Below, one piece after another: positions 21,672 to 31,658 of a DNA stretch of 64,000 bases. The notes beneath the pieces were generated by a model that was not told the origin of the DNA, did no database searches, and was given only the letters and a program-made list of their open reading frames with translations. The stretch spans positions 64,001-128,000 of the forward strand of contig CAXXGO010000003.1 in NCBI GenBank assembly GCA_963666835.2. The letters are read 5' to 3'. Source of the stretch: Phycisphaerae bacterium. Its GTDB lineage: Bacteria > Planctomycetota > Phycisphaerae > UBA1845. The translations under genes and the position numbers were made by a program. How positions within the stretch are numbered: the stretch's first letter is position 1; the number at the start of each line of letters is the position of its first letter.

Positions 21672-22429
21672 CGGCAACCACGGCCAACCTGTTGTACCTG
21701 GTGTTTGCCTTCGGGGGTGCCGGGGTCTACTTCCTGCTGCCGCGCGGCGGCCGCTCGAACCCTATCGTCGGGGCAATCCTCGGGTTGTCGACGTTGGTTG
21801 CTTTGCTGATTGTGCTCGGGGTCGGAGTCATCGCGCCGAGTCCGACTACCGGTTGCTTTTACGTCTTGGCTACTATCGCTCTTTTTGCTGCAGTACGAGT
21901 GGTGACCCATTCACGCCCGGTCTATAGCGCTTTGTACTTCGTGCTCGTTGTCGTGGCGGTTGCGGCGTTGCTTCTTCTGCAGCACGCGGAGTTCCTTGCC
22001 GTGGCGCTGATTATCATCTACGCCGGAGCGATTCTCGTTACGTATCTTTTCGTGATTATGCTGGCACATGCCGGCGGCTCGTCGACCTACGATCGGCGGG
22101 CGCGGGAGCCGCTCCTGGCCGTGTTGGCCGGGTTTGCGTTGATGGCGGCAATTGCCGGGCGGGCAGGAGATCTCCCGGCCGGGCAGTCGCCGGAGTCTGC
22201 GCGGTTGGCGGCCGACGTGGCGTACAGCTCGGTGTTCCCGGACAGCAACACGATGGCGATCGGGGCGACGGTGATGACCAAATATGTTGTAGCTCTGGAA
22301 ATCGGCGGCGTGCTGTTGTTGATTGCGATGGTCGGGGCGATCGCCCTCTCGCGGAAGCAGATTCCTCGCGGTGAGCGTCCGAAGCCGCGCGTGATAGGCG
22401 AAATCGGGAAGGAGGTTCCGCCGTACTGA
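21668..22429 (+). CDS. nuoJ: NADH-quinone oxidoreductase subunit J
   Basis: PVYSALYF, YAGAILVTYLFVIML, LLLIAMVGAI. Confidence 0.94.
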   Translation: MTATTANLLYLVFAFGGAGVYFLLPRGGRSNPIVGAILGLSTLVALLIVLGVGVIAPSPTTGCFYVLATIALFAAVRVVTHSRPVYSALYFVLVVVAVAALLLLQHAEFLAVALIIIYAGAILVTYLFVIMLAHAGGSSTYDRRAREPLLAVLAGFALMAAIAGRAGDLPAGQSPESARLAADVAYSSVFPDSNTMAIGATVMTKYVVALEIGGVLLLIAMVGAIALSRKQIPRGERPKPRVIGEIGKEVPPY

Positions 22430-22731
22430 TGCCGGGGACCTCGGAATACATTGTGTTGGGCTCGATTCTCTTCGCCCTCGGCCTGGTGGGGTTCGTATCC
22501 CGCCGGAACTTGATCGTAATGTTCCTCTCGACGGAGGTCATGTTCCAGGGCGTTATTGTGAATGTAGTGGCCTTCGGGCGACTGCACGAGAATCTGGACG
22601 GTCAGGCCTTTGCGCTCTTCCTGCTCGTGATTGCCGCGGTTGAGGCGGGGCTGGCCTTGGGATTGGTAGTATTGTTGCATCGCCGCAAGTCGACGCTGGA
22701 CTCGGAAGCATGGGCGACGATGCGTGGCTAA
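22429..22731 (+). CDS. nuoK: NADH-quinone oxidoreductase subunit K
   Basis: RRNLIVMFLSTE, AAVEAGLAL. Confidence 0.95.
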   Translation: MPGTSEYIVLGSILFALGLVGFVSRRNLIVMFLSTEVMFQGVIVNVVAFGRLHENLDGQAFALFLLVIAAVEAGLALGLVVLLHRRKSTLDSEAWATMRG

Positions 22732-22818
22732 CCAAGCTTGTGAGAATGGCTGGAGACGACGGGTCGAGGGTGCGTAGAAGAGTCGGACTTAAAAGCCGGT
22801 TCAGTAGATAGTAATAAG

Positions 22819-24777
22819 ATGAGCGTTGAGACGCTGGAAACCCTGAAACTCTGCGGGATTGTGATCCTGCTGGCCCCGCTCGCCGGAGCGGTGTTGGCCG
22901 GGGGTCTGTCTCCCGTTCTTCGCGGCCGGGCGCATTGGCCGGCGATCCTTGGTGTCGGCGCCGCGTTTGCTGCGGCTCTCTGTGTGCTTATCCATGTGGC
23001 TGACGCCCCAGCGGGTGAGGTCGTGGCCAAGATCCCGGTCTACGAGTGGATCGCCGGCGGCACCGGGTCATCGTTCAACGTAGAATTCCTGATCGATCCG
23101 CTCACCGCAATCATGCTGGTGACGGTTACCGGTATATCCCTCCTTGTCGTCATCTACTCGCGCGACTACATGCGTGAGCGCGGGCAGCCGGAGCGGGGAT
23201 ACGAGCGGTTCTTTGCATTCATGGCGTTGTTCGTGTTCGCCATGAGCGCTTTAGTGCTCGGTGGCAATCTGCTCTTGCTCTACCTCGGGTGGGAAGGCGT
23301 CGGGCTGTGCAGTTACTTGCTGATCGGTTTCTACTACGGAAAGCCATCCGCGGCCGCCGCGGCAAAGAAGGCGTTTCTGGTGAACCGGGTTGGTGACTTC
23401 GGCTTCGGCCTGGGCATCTTCCTGATTTATCTGAGCTTCGGCACCCTGCAATACGACGAAGTGTTCCGCATGGTGCAACAGGGCGTCCTTGCCGGTGGCG
23501 AGCCGCTTACCGACGGCCGGGTCACGGCCATTGCACTACTGCTGTTGTGCGGGGCTTGCGGCAAGAGTGCGCAACTTCCTCTGCACGTGTGGTTGCCGGA
23601 TGCGATGGAGGGCCCGTCTCCGGTTTCCGCACTCATTCACGCTGCGACGATGGTGACGGCCGGGGTGTTTATGGTGGCGCGCTGTGGTGCCATCTTTACG
23701 GCGTCGGCGACGGCGATGGCGGTTGTAGCGGTCATCGGGGCGGTGACGGCTCTGTTTGCGGCCACGATTGCGCTGGTCCAGACGGACATGAAGCGCATTT
23801 TGGCCTATTCTACGATAAGCCAGTTGGGCTATATGTTCCTCGGCGTGGGCGTATACGCGGCCGACTCGGCGATTTTCCATCTGTTTACGCATGCGTTTTT
23901 CAAGGCCTGCCTGTTCCTCGGGGCGGGGAGCGTGATGCATGCGATGGGCGGGATTATTGACGTCCGCCGGTTTGGAGGGCTGCGCAAGATCCTGCCGGTG
24001 ACGTTTATTACGTTCCTACTGGGGTCGCTGGCGCTGGCGGGATTCCCGATGTTCAGCGGTTTCTTCAGTAAAGACGAGATTATCCACCACGCGTTGTCGC
24101 ACCATTGGATTCTCGGTGGTATCGGGCTGGTGACGGCGTTGTTGACGGCGTTCTACACCTTCCGCATGGTGTTTTTGGCCTTCTTCGGTCCGCAGCGGGT
24201 GCCGGAACGGGTGCACGCGCACGAGTCCGGCGGGTGGATGCTTGTGGCGTTGATCGCGCTGGCGATCGGGGCCGTCGGGGCGGGCTATGTCGGGGTCGGC
24301 CCGAAGCCATTCCATGAGTTCCTTGCGCCGGTGTTCGCCCATACTTTTGTGGCCAACAATCCGGTAACCAGTCACGGGCACGCGGCGGGGCATGCGGGCT
24401 TCTGGGCGGAGTACGGTCTGATGGTTGTCTCCGGTGGGCTGGTGATCATCGCCATTCTCGCGGCGTACGTGCTGTACGTTAGACAGCCGTGGATTCCCGC
24501 ACTGGTCAAGGCCTCTTTCCCAGGGGCGCATCGGGTGCTGTGGAATAAGTACTATGTTGATGAACTGTACGACGAGGGCTTGATCGAGCCGGCGCGGACG
24601 AGCGGGCGGGCTTGTGTCGGTGCGGATGATTTCGTGATCGATGGGGTGCTTTGGCTGATAACTATGGTTCCGCGTTCCCTGGCGTATCTTCTGCAAACCT
24701 TGCAGAGCGGGGCGTTGCAGGGTTATGCCGTCACGATGTTGGCGGCGGCGGCGATAATCGGGATGTTGATTCTCTGA
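22819..24777 (+). CDS. nuoL: NADH-quinone oxidoreductase subunit L
   Basis: GKSAQLPLHVWLPDAMEGPSPVSALIHAATMV. Confidence 0.97.
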   Translation: MSVETLETLKLCGIVILLAPLAGAVLAGGLSPVLRGRAHWPAILGVGAAFAAALCVLIHVADAPAGEVVAKIPVYEWIAGGTGSSFNVEFLIDPLTAIMLVTVTGISLLVVIYSRDYMRERGQPERGYERFFAFMALFVFAMSALVLGGNLLLLYLGWEGVGLCSYLLIGFYYGKPSAAAAAKKAFLVNRVGDFGFGLGIFLIYLSFGTLQYDEVFRMVQQGVLAGGEPLTDGRVTAIALLLLCGACGKSAQLPLHVWLPDAMEGPSPVSALIHAATMVTAGVFMVARCGAIFTASATAMAVVAVIGAVTALFAATIALVQTDMKRILAYSTISQLGYMFLGVGVYAADSAIFHLFTHAFFKACLFLGAGSVMHAMGGIIDVRRFGGLRKILPVTFITFLLGSLALAGFPMFSGFFSKDEIIHHALSHHWILGGIGLVTALLTAFYTFRMVFLAFFGPQRVPERVHAHESGGWMLVALIALAIGAVGAGYVGVGPKPFHEFLAPVFAHTFVANNPVTSHGHAAGHAGFWAEYGLMVVSGGLVIIAILAAYVLYVRQPWIPALVKASFPGAHRVLWNKYYVDELYDEGLIEPARTSGRACVGADDFVIDGVLWLITMVPRSLAYLLQTLQSGALQGYAVTMLAAAAIIGMLIL

Positions 24778-24807
24778 TGACGAGGTTGAACCTCGAGGAC
24801 TGGCGCG

Positions 24808-26601
24808 TTGAATAGCTGGATACTCACGGCTGTTGTATTTTCTCCGTTGGTGGGGGCCCTGCTGCTGTGGCTGCCGCCGCGTGGGGACGACGTTGGTGTG
24901 CGCCGCAGCGCGTTGTTCTACTCGCTGATTACGCTGGCGTTGACGATCGTCGCGATAGTCCGGTTCTACGCTCCGGAGACGTCGGCCACCGGTGAGCCGG
25001 TGTCATACCGGCTGGCTTATTCCACCGGGTGGATCGTCGGGGCCGACCCGGGTTCGTTGGATCCGCAAGATCGAGCGCGTGAGATTGGGATTGCGTATCG
25101 GGTCGGGGTGGACGGTATCAGCATCTGGCTGCTGGCTTTGACCTCTTTCCTCACTCCGTTGGCGATCTGGTCCAGTTTCTCGGGCATTCGCAGGCGCGTG
25201 CGCGAGTATTACACGCTCCTGCTGCTTCTTCAGGTCGGCATGTCGGGGGTGTTCTGCAGTCTGGACTTGCTGCTGTTCTATGTGTTTTTCGAGTTCACGC
25301 TGGTCCCGCTGTACTTCCTGATCGGGATTTGGGGCGGTCCCCAGCGCCGCCAGGCGGCCAATAAGTTCTTCGTCTATACCCTTGCCGGGAGCGTATTGAC
25401 GTTCGCCGGTGTCATCTACCTGGCCTTCTACACGTACGAGGTCCTCGGCTTTGTTACTCTGAGCCTCGAAGAACTTTCCCAGATGGGGCAGCAGGGCCTG
25501 CTTGCTCCGCCGGTGCAATGGTGGCTCTTCCTGGCATTTGCGGCCGGGTTTGCGATTAAGGTCCCGCTCTTTCCGGTTCACACATGGCTTCCGTTGGCGC
25601 ATACCGAAGCGCCGACAGCCGGTAGCGTGATCCTCGCGGGTGTGCTGCTGAAGCTGGGCACGTATGGGTTCTGCCGCTTGAGCATTCCCATCCTGCCGGC
25701 GGCCAGTTTCGAGCTGGCGCCCGTAGTCGCGGTGCTTGCGATCATCGGGATCATCTACGCGGCGCTGGCCGCGTGGGTGCAGACTGATGTCAAGAAGCTC
25801 GTGGCGTATTCCTCCGTGTCCCACCTCGGGTTCTGCATGCTGGGGCTGTTCAGCCTTAAGGTGGCCGGGGTGAGCGGGGCGGTGTTGTACATGGTCAACC
25901 ATGGCCTCTCCACCGGTGCTCTCTTCCTGGTGGTCGGTTGTGTCTATGAACGCTACCACACGCGCGACATTCACAAGATTGGCGGGCTTGCCCGCCCGAT
26001 GCCCTGGATGGCGTTCTTCCTGGTTTTCTTCACCCTCAGCAGTATCGGATTGCCCGGGCTGAACGGGTTTGTCGGGGAGTTCCTCGTGTTGCTCGGCACG
26101 GCCACGTCGGGATCGGTTGCCGATCTACGCCCGGCCGGTCCGTTGGGTTATGGTTACGTTATCCCGGCGGCGTTGGGGATCATTCTGGGGGCGGTGTACA
26201 TGCTCTGGATGTGCCGGTGCGTGCTGTTCGGGCCGTTGAAGGAGCCTCCCAATACTCCGGATACCTCGGCGGGGCTGGCCAAGGACCTGACCAGAAGAGA
26301 GATTACGCTGCTGGCCCCGATTGCGCTTTGCTGCGTGTTCCTCGGAGTGTATCCGAAGCCGATGCTTGATTCCTTTGAAACTTCGATTCGCGAGCACGTT
26401 TTGCGAACTTCGGTTTCTTCGTTCCACGCCACTGCGGGCGACGATTCATTGGCCGCAGATGTGGAAGGGCGAGAGCCCGAAGCCGTGGCGGGGGCGTTTG
26501 ATTGGGTCGTGCCCGGCGGGGGATTGCCGGTGTCGCGTGACTTGCCGGTAGCAGTGGCGGTCGGCTCCGAGACTGACGGAGGATCTGCCGTTGAACGCTG
26601 A
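24808..26601 (+). CDS. nuoM: NADH-quinone oxidoreductase subunit M
   Basis: IKVPLFPVHTWLPLAHTEAP, KLVAYSSVSH. Confidence 0.97.
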   Translation: MNSWILTAVVFSPLVGALLLWLPPRGDDVGVRRSALFYSLITLALTIVAIVRFYAPETSATGEPVSYRLAYSTGWIVGADPGSLDPQDRAREIGIAYRVGVDGISIWLLALTSFLTPLAIWSSFSGIRRRVREYYTLLLLLQVGMSGVFCSLDLLLFYVFFEFTLVPLYFLIGIWGGPQRRQAANKFFVYTLAGSVLTFAGVIYLAFYTYEVLGFVTLSLEELSQMGQQGLLAPPVQWWLFLAFAAGFAIKVPLFPVHTWLPLAHTEAPTAGSVILAGVLLKLGTYGFCRLSIPILPAASFELAPVVAVLAIIGIIYAALAAWVQTDVKKLVAYSSVSHLGFCMLGLFSLKVAGVSGAVLYMVNHGLSTGALFLVVGCVYERYHTRDIHKIGGLARPMPWMAFFLVFFTLSSIGLPGLNGFVGEFLVLLGTATSGSVADLRPAGPLGYGYVIPAALGIILGAVYMLWMCRCVLFGPLKEPPNTPDTSAGLAKDLTRREITLLAPIALCCVFLGVYPKPMLDSFETSIREHVLRTSVSSFHATAGDDSLAADVEGREPEAVAGAFDWVVPGGGLPVSRDLPVAVAVGSETDGGSAVER

Positions 26602-28201
26602 GTTCCAACTTCGCCAACTCTCTCCAGAGTTTATTCTCCTGATAGGGGCGTGCGCCACGCTCGGGCTGGGGGCGGCGAAGGCTTCGTTGATCCGTTGTTG
26701 GGCGTCCGGCTTGGCCTGCGGCGTTTTGCTGTTGGCTCTGGTGGTTACGGTATGGCAGGGGGAGCCGGCCGGGACCGGCGCGGCGCTTGGTTTGTGGGTA
26801 ACCCCGCTGACATTCTACACCAGGTGCATCGCGCTGAGCGTGGGGCTTCTCATTGTGCTCGTCAACTGGCGGCAGCCGGCCGCCCAAGAGCGCGGCGAGT
26901 ACATGTCCATGATCTTGTTTTCCCTGCTCGGCGTATTGCTCACGGCATCGGCGAACGACCTGCTGGTTCTGTTCTTTGCGATTGAGCTGGTCAGTATTCC
27001 CACGTATGTATTGATCGCCTTGAGCCGCGATGACCGGCGGGCTTCGGAGTCGGCGGTCAAGTACTTCTTCTTGGGGGCGATGGCGGCGGCGATTCTCGCT
27101 TACGGGCTCAGTTTCCTGTACGGGGCGGCGGGAACGACCGTAATCCACCAGGTGGCAAACGGGGTCGTATCTTCGACGTTTCCGGCAGGCCCGGCTTTGG
27201 GCTCGTCCGCGCTGATCGGTTTGTTGTTGGTGATCTTCGGCTTGGGCTTCAAGGTGGCGGCGATACCGTTTCACGTTTACGCCCCCGACGTATACGAAGG
27301 GGCGGCCTCTCCGGTCACCGGGGCGCTGGCGTTCCTCCCGAAGTTGGCCGGCTTCGTCGCGTTGTTGAAGATCTTCACCGCATTCAACTGGGTCATGCCG
27401 GCGGAGATCAACTGGCTCATCTGGGCCATCGCAGCGCTGACCATGACCGGTGGGAACGTGCTGGCACTGCTGCAGACTAATGTCAAGCGAATGCTGGCCT
27501 ACTCCAGTATAGCGCATAGCGGGTATATGATGGTGGCACTGCTGGTCGGTCCGGTAGCCGGTAAGGGGCCGATGCACGATGGCGTCGCGGCGCTGCTGTT
27601 CTATGTAGCCGTCTACGGGGCGATGAATCTTGGAGCCTTCGCGCTGCTGGCGTCGTTCCGCAAGGGTGATAAGGACCTTGAGACTCTGGACGATCTTACC
27701 GGGATTGCCAGGCGGGCACCTCTGGCGACTCTCGGGCTGGCAGTCTGTGTGTTCAGTTTGATGGGCTTTCCGCCCACTGCGGGTTTTTTGGGTAAGCTAT
27801 ATATTTTCGCGAGTGCGTTCTGCGTCAGCGAAGGGCATGCCTTCCGCGGCCCGCTGATTGCCCTGGCGATCATTGGAGTGGTTAACTCGGCCATTGCGGC
27901 GGCGTACTACCTTCGCATTCTGGCTTCCGCCTACATGGGGGAGGCTGTCGGGGAGGATCTCGCGCCCGTGGGCGGGGCTCCCGTGCGCTGGGGGTTGGCC
28001 CTGTGCAGCATACCGATGTTTGTGCTCTTTGCGTGGCCTGCGGGTTTGATCGAGCAGGCCCGCGACGCGAGTGCTGTGGTTAACCATGCGATTACTGTCC
28101 CGACGTCTCGAGTGACTTATGCCGAATCGGCCGAGGCCTTCGACCCCGGCCCCGCGACCGGTGATTCGACATTGTTCAAGGCGTATCCCGAATCGCGGTG
28201 A
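26591..28201 (+). CDS. nuoN: NADH-quinone oxidoreductase subunit N
   Basis: ESAVKYF, FKVAAIPFHVYAPDVYEGA, KRMLAYSSIAHSGY. Confidence 0.97.
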   Translation: MNAEFQLRQLSPEFILLIGACATLGLGAAKASLIRCWASGLACGVLLLALVVTVWQGEPAGTGAALGLWVTPLTFYTRCIALSVGLLIVLVNWRQPAAQERGEYMSMILFSLLGVLLTASANDLLVLFFAIELVSIPTYVLIALSRDDRRASESAVKYFFLGAMAAAILAYGLSFLYGAAGTTVIHQVANGVVSSTFPAGPALGSSALIGLLLVIFGLGFKVAAIPFHVYAPDVYEGAASPVTGALAFLPKLAGFVALLKIFTAFNWVMPAEINWLIWAIAALTMTGGNVLALLQTNVKRMLAYSSIAHSGYMMVALLVGPVAGKGPMHDGVAALLFYVAVYGAMNLGAFALLASFRKGDKDLETLDDLTGIARRAPLATLGLAVCVFSLMGFPPTAGFLGKLYIFASAFCVSEGHAFRGPLIALAIIGVVNSAIAAAYYLRILASAYMGEAVGEDLAPVGGAPVRWGLALCSIPMFVLFAWPAGLIEQARDASAVVNHAITVPTSRVTYAESAEAFDPGPATGDSTLFKAYPESR

Positions 28202-28219
28202 GTATCAGGACCAGCTTTC

Positions 28220-28906
28220 ATGACCCCAGTATTGACTCGTGAACAGATCCGGCGCGTGGATCAGTTGGCAATCGAGCGGTACGGAATCGCCGGGCTCGTT
28301 TTGATGGAGAATGCCGGGCGCAATGCCGCCGAGATCATCCGGAACACCTTTCCGGACACGCGGCAGGTCGCGATCTGTTGTGGTCCGGGCAACAACGGCG
28401 GCGACGGCTGCGTGATTGCCCGCCATCTGCACAACGCCGGGTGGAGCGTGCGGCTGATGGTCGCCGGCGAACGGTCCCGCATGTCCGCCGATTGCGCGAC
28501 CAACTACCGGATTATCGAAGCCATGGGGCTCGATGTGGCCGTCATGGCCGATGCCGAAGCTCAATTGGGGTTTGCTGGGTCCGTTCAAGGCGACGATGTC
28601 GTCGTTGACGCGCTGCTTGGCACGGGTTTTTCAGGCCAAGTTCGAAGTCCCACGGCCGAACTGATCGAGGTCCTCAACGCGGGCGATCGCCGCGGGATGG
28701 TGGCGGTGGACATCCCGTCCGGTTTGGACTGCGATACCGGCTTGCCCTCGAACGCTACGATCCGGGCGGATATTACCGTCACGTTCGTTGCCAAGAAGAC
28801 CGGTCTGATTGCGCAAGCCGCCACCGAGTATGTGGGACGCATTTGTGTAGCTGACATAGGCGCCCCCCGCGAGCTGGTTTACGAGATTGCAGGTGGCGAT
28901 GTCTGA
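28220..28906 (+). CDS. nnrE: Stand-alone NAD(P)H-hydrate epimerase (YjeF_N)
   Basis: LMENAG, GPGNNGGDG, DALLGTG, VDIPSG. Confidence 0.93.
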   Translation: MTPVLTREQIRRVDQLAIERYGIAGLVLMENAGRNAAEIIRNTFPDTRQVAICCGPGNNGGDGCVIARHLHNAGWSVRLMVAGERSRMSADCATNYRIIEAMGLDVAVMADAEAQLGFAGSVQGDDVVVDALLGTGFSGQVRSPTAELIEVLNAGDRRGMVAVDIPSGLDCDTGLPSNATIRADITVTFVAKKTGLIAQAATEYVGRICVADIGAPRELVYEIAGGDV

Positions 28907-30137
28907 TCGGGCGGGCCGGCTGACGTGCGGGCGGGATTCCTGGAATCGGCCCCGCAGTTGCCAACGCAAGTCGAATAATACTGCAAGCGGCGCGCTGCGT
29001 CGGCTGGCGTGCGTACTCCTCGTTCTTGTCCCGATCTGCGGTGCGGGCACAGCCCGTGGCGCTGTCCCACAGAGGATGCCGAGTGACGCCCAATTGGCGG
29101 CGGAGCTTCTCGCGCTGGCCGGGGACGGGTTTCGCATTCGCGAGACCGACCATTTCACGATTGCCCACGATTCCACATACAACGATCTGCGGGTTTTGAT
29201 AGGCCGCCTTGAAGGAACGTACGAGGCTGTTTGGTCGTTCTGCGAGGCGATCGAGCTGCAGGTTGAGCCTCCTCAATCTCGCCTGCGGGTGTTGTTTTTC
29301 AACCGCTCGGAGGATTTCGCGCGGCATTGCGATAGAGTCGGTCTGTCTGCGGACCGCGTGGCCGGGTTCTTCTCCCCGGAATCGAACGTGGCCGTCTTCG
29401 GGAATGTCATGACCAGACCTGAGATCCAGGAGCTTACCGGCCACGTTGGGCGTTTGCGAAACAGGATCAAGGACCTACAGTCCGGTCCGGACGCGGCGTC
29501 AACGCGGCAGGAGCATTCGGATCTCCGGCGGCGGATGGACGCAGTTCGACTGCGACGCGATGCGATTGTCGAGAAGTTCAACCGGCTGGTGATCCAACAC
29601 GAGACGGCCCATCAAGTGTTCTACAATCTCGGTGTTCACGATCCGGAGGGCGGCGATCCTCCGTGGCTGGTGGAGGGGCTGGCGTGCCTGTTCGAGATTC
29701 CACAAACGAGCCAAACGAGTAAACCAGACCGGGTCAATCAGATGAGGTTGGCGGACTTACGCACTGCTTTCGGACTAGTTCCCGGCGATATGGGGGTCTG
29801 CGAAGCAGATGCTGCCGAAGCGTTCACTTCGGGGCGCCTGCTGCCTGTAGCCGAGCTGATCCGTGGCAAAGACCTGTGGACGGAGGATGAGACGCAGTTG
29901 TCGTATCGATACGCTCAGGCGTGGAGTCTTGTTCATTACTTGAGCGGCAAGCACCGCGCAGCATTCTCAGAATACCTGAGGCTGCTTCGCAGTCAGCCCG
30001 CCGGGCGCGTTGATGACTTTCGCAGCCGATCCGCCGATTTCGAGGGCGTTTTCGGTGTTTCCGGGGACGACCTACAACGACTTTGGCTCGATTACGTTGT
30101 CCACCTCGAATTCAAGCCGGAACAGGCCCTGCGCTGA
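28899..30137 (+). CDS. DUF1570-like zinc-peptidase-fold exported protein
   Basis: HETAHQ, PWLVEGLA..FE and YAQAWSLVHYL motifs; hydrophobic leader. Confidence 0.75.
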   Translation: MSDRAGRLTCGRDSWNRPRSCQRKSNNTASGALRRLACVLLVLVPICGAGTARGAVPQRMPSDAQLAAELLALAGDGFRIRETDHFTIAHDSTYNDLRVLIGRLEGTYEAVWSFCEAIELQVEPPQSRLRVLFFNRSEDFARHCDRVGLSADRVAGFFSPESNVAVFGNVMTRPEIQELTGHVGRLRNRIKDLQSGPDAASTRQEHSDLRRRMDAVRLRRDAIVEKFNRLVIQHETAHQVFYNLGVHDPEGGDPPWLVEGLACLFEIPQTSQTSKPDRVNQMRLADLRTAFGLVPGDMGVCEADAAEAFTSGRLLPVAELIRGKDLWTEDETQLSYRYAQAWSLVHYLSGKHRAAFSEYLRLLRSQPAGRVDDFRSRSADFEGVFGVSGDDLQRLWLDYVVHLEFKPEQALR

Positions 30138-30317
30138 ACCGATCCGGCGCGGACGGGGACAATTGGCATAACTGGGAGCCTCGATCGGTCGACAAGTGGA
30201 TACATGGAGAAATAGAAGTTTCTGCTGATCCTGCGGCCGGGTGTCGCGGACTGGATACGCAGGTAACGCGAGGCTATCATCCGCGCACGGGTCCGTGCTG
30301 ACGCGGGAACGGTACTT

Positions 30318-31658
30318 ATGCAAGTAATCATTGCGGGGGCGGGCGAGGTCGGTGGTCACGCTGCTGAAGTCCTCTCGGCAGACGGCCACAACGTGACCGT
30401 GATTGATGTCTCCAGCGAGCGGTTGCGCGGGCTGGATGACACGCTCGACGTGCGGACTCTCGTCGGGCACAGTGCTCACCTTAATGTCCTGCGTGAGGCC
30501 GGGGCCGATCGTTGCGATCTGATGATCGCCACTACCCATGTCGACGAGGTTAACCTGCTGGCGGCTTTCGTGGCCAAGGCGGCGGGAGCGAAGAAGACGA
30601 TCGTTCGCGTCCACCACACGGCCAACTTCTCTCTGCGGCGGACGTCTTTTGCCGACAAACTGGGCATCGATGAGTTGATCTGTCCGGAGCATCTGGCGTC
30701 GCTGGCGATTGCCCGGACGCTGCGGAATCCCGGATCGATCGCCCTCGAGGAGTTCGGGCGCGGGAAACTGCTGATGCAGAGGCTTGCGGTGGTGAAGGGG
30801 GCGCCGGCGGTCGGTAAGAAGCTCTCGGAGATCTCCCTGCCGGCCAGCGTTCGCGTGGCGACCGTGGAAGGGCCGGGCGGCTACGTTATCGCCGATGCCG
30901 GTACGGTGGTTCATGGCGGCGATTTCGTGACGGTCGTGGGGGAGGCAAAGACCTTTGACACGGTGCGTAAGTGTTTTGGCAAAGGAAAGGAGAAGCGCCG
31001 CAACATCGCGATCATGGGGGAGACGTCGACGGCCGTTTGGCTCTGCCGGGCTCTTCGCGGCCGGGCGTTTGGGCTGCGTCTTTTTGTAGAACGGCACGAG
31101 CGGGCGGAGGAAGTCTCGGAGAAGCTCGAACATGTGACCGTGATCGAGGCCGACCCGACCGACCCTACGACCTTTGCCGACGAGCACATCGAGAAGACCG
31201 ACACCTTCGTTGCGGTCACCGAGGATGACGAGCGCAACATCCTCTCGTGTGCCCAGGCCAAGAGGCTCGGCGTTCCGATGGCGATTGCGATCGTGCAGCG
31301 CACGAAGTATCTGCATCTTATCCCGCACGTCGGTATCGACCACGCATTCAGTCCGCGGGCGGTGGCCGTCAAGGCGATTCAGCACCTGATCGATTTCGGC
31401 CCGGTACGTTCGGTGGCCGTCTTCGCGGAGGGGGCGGCGGAGGTTTACGAGGTTCGCCCATCGAAGCGGGCCAAAGTGATCGGACACGAGCTTCGTAACA
31501 TCAAACTACCGCCGCAGACGATGATCGCCGCCATCAGGCGGGGCGAGGAAGTCCACGTGCCGGGAGCGGAGGACGTCGTTAAGGCCGGTGATACGATTCT
31601 GGTGATCGGGCCGTGCGGAATCACGGATGATATGGTCAAGCTGTTCGTTGCCAAATGA
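30318..31658 (+). CDS. trkA: Trk K+ uptake NAD-binding subunit
   Basis: GAGEVG Rossmann motif; duplicated RCK_N/RCK_C domains. Confidence 0.95.
   Translation: MQVIIAGAGEVGGHAAEVLSADGHNVTVIDVSSERLRGLDDTLDVRTLVGHSAHLNVLREAGADRCDLMIATTHVDEVNLLAAFVAKAAGAKKTIVRVHHTANFSLRRTSFADKLGIDELICPEHLASLAIARTLRNPGSIALEEFGRGKLLMQRLAVVKGAPAVGKKLSEISLPASVRVATVEGPGGYVIADAGTVVHGGDFVTVVGEAKTFDTVRKCFGKGKEKRRNIAIMGETSTAVWLCRALRGRAFGLRLFVERHERAEEVSEKLEHVTVIEADPTDPTTFADEHIEKTDTFVAVTEDDERNILSCAQAKRLGVPMAIAIVQRTKYLHLIPHVGIDHAFSPRAVAVKAIQHLIDFGPVRSVAVFAEGAAEVYEVRPSKRAKVIGHELRNIKLPPQTMIAAIRRGEEVHVPGAEDVVKAGDTILVIGPCGITDDMVKLFVAK

Noticed and set aside
30130..30317. c-di-AMP (ydaO) riboswitch upstream of trkA
   Set aside because: GCTGAA..CGGGG and CAGGTAAC are faint echoes, but the central conserved blocks are absent; cmscan would settle it.
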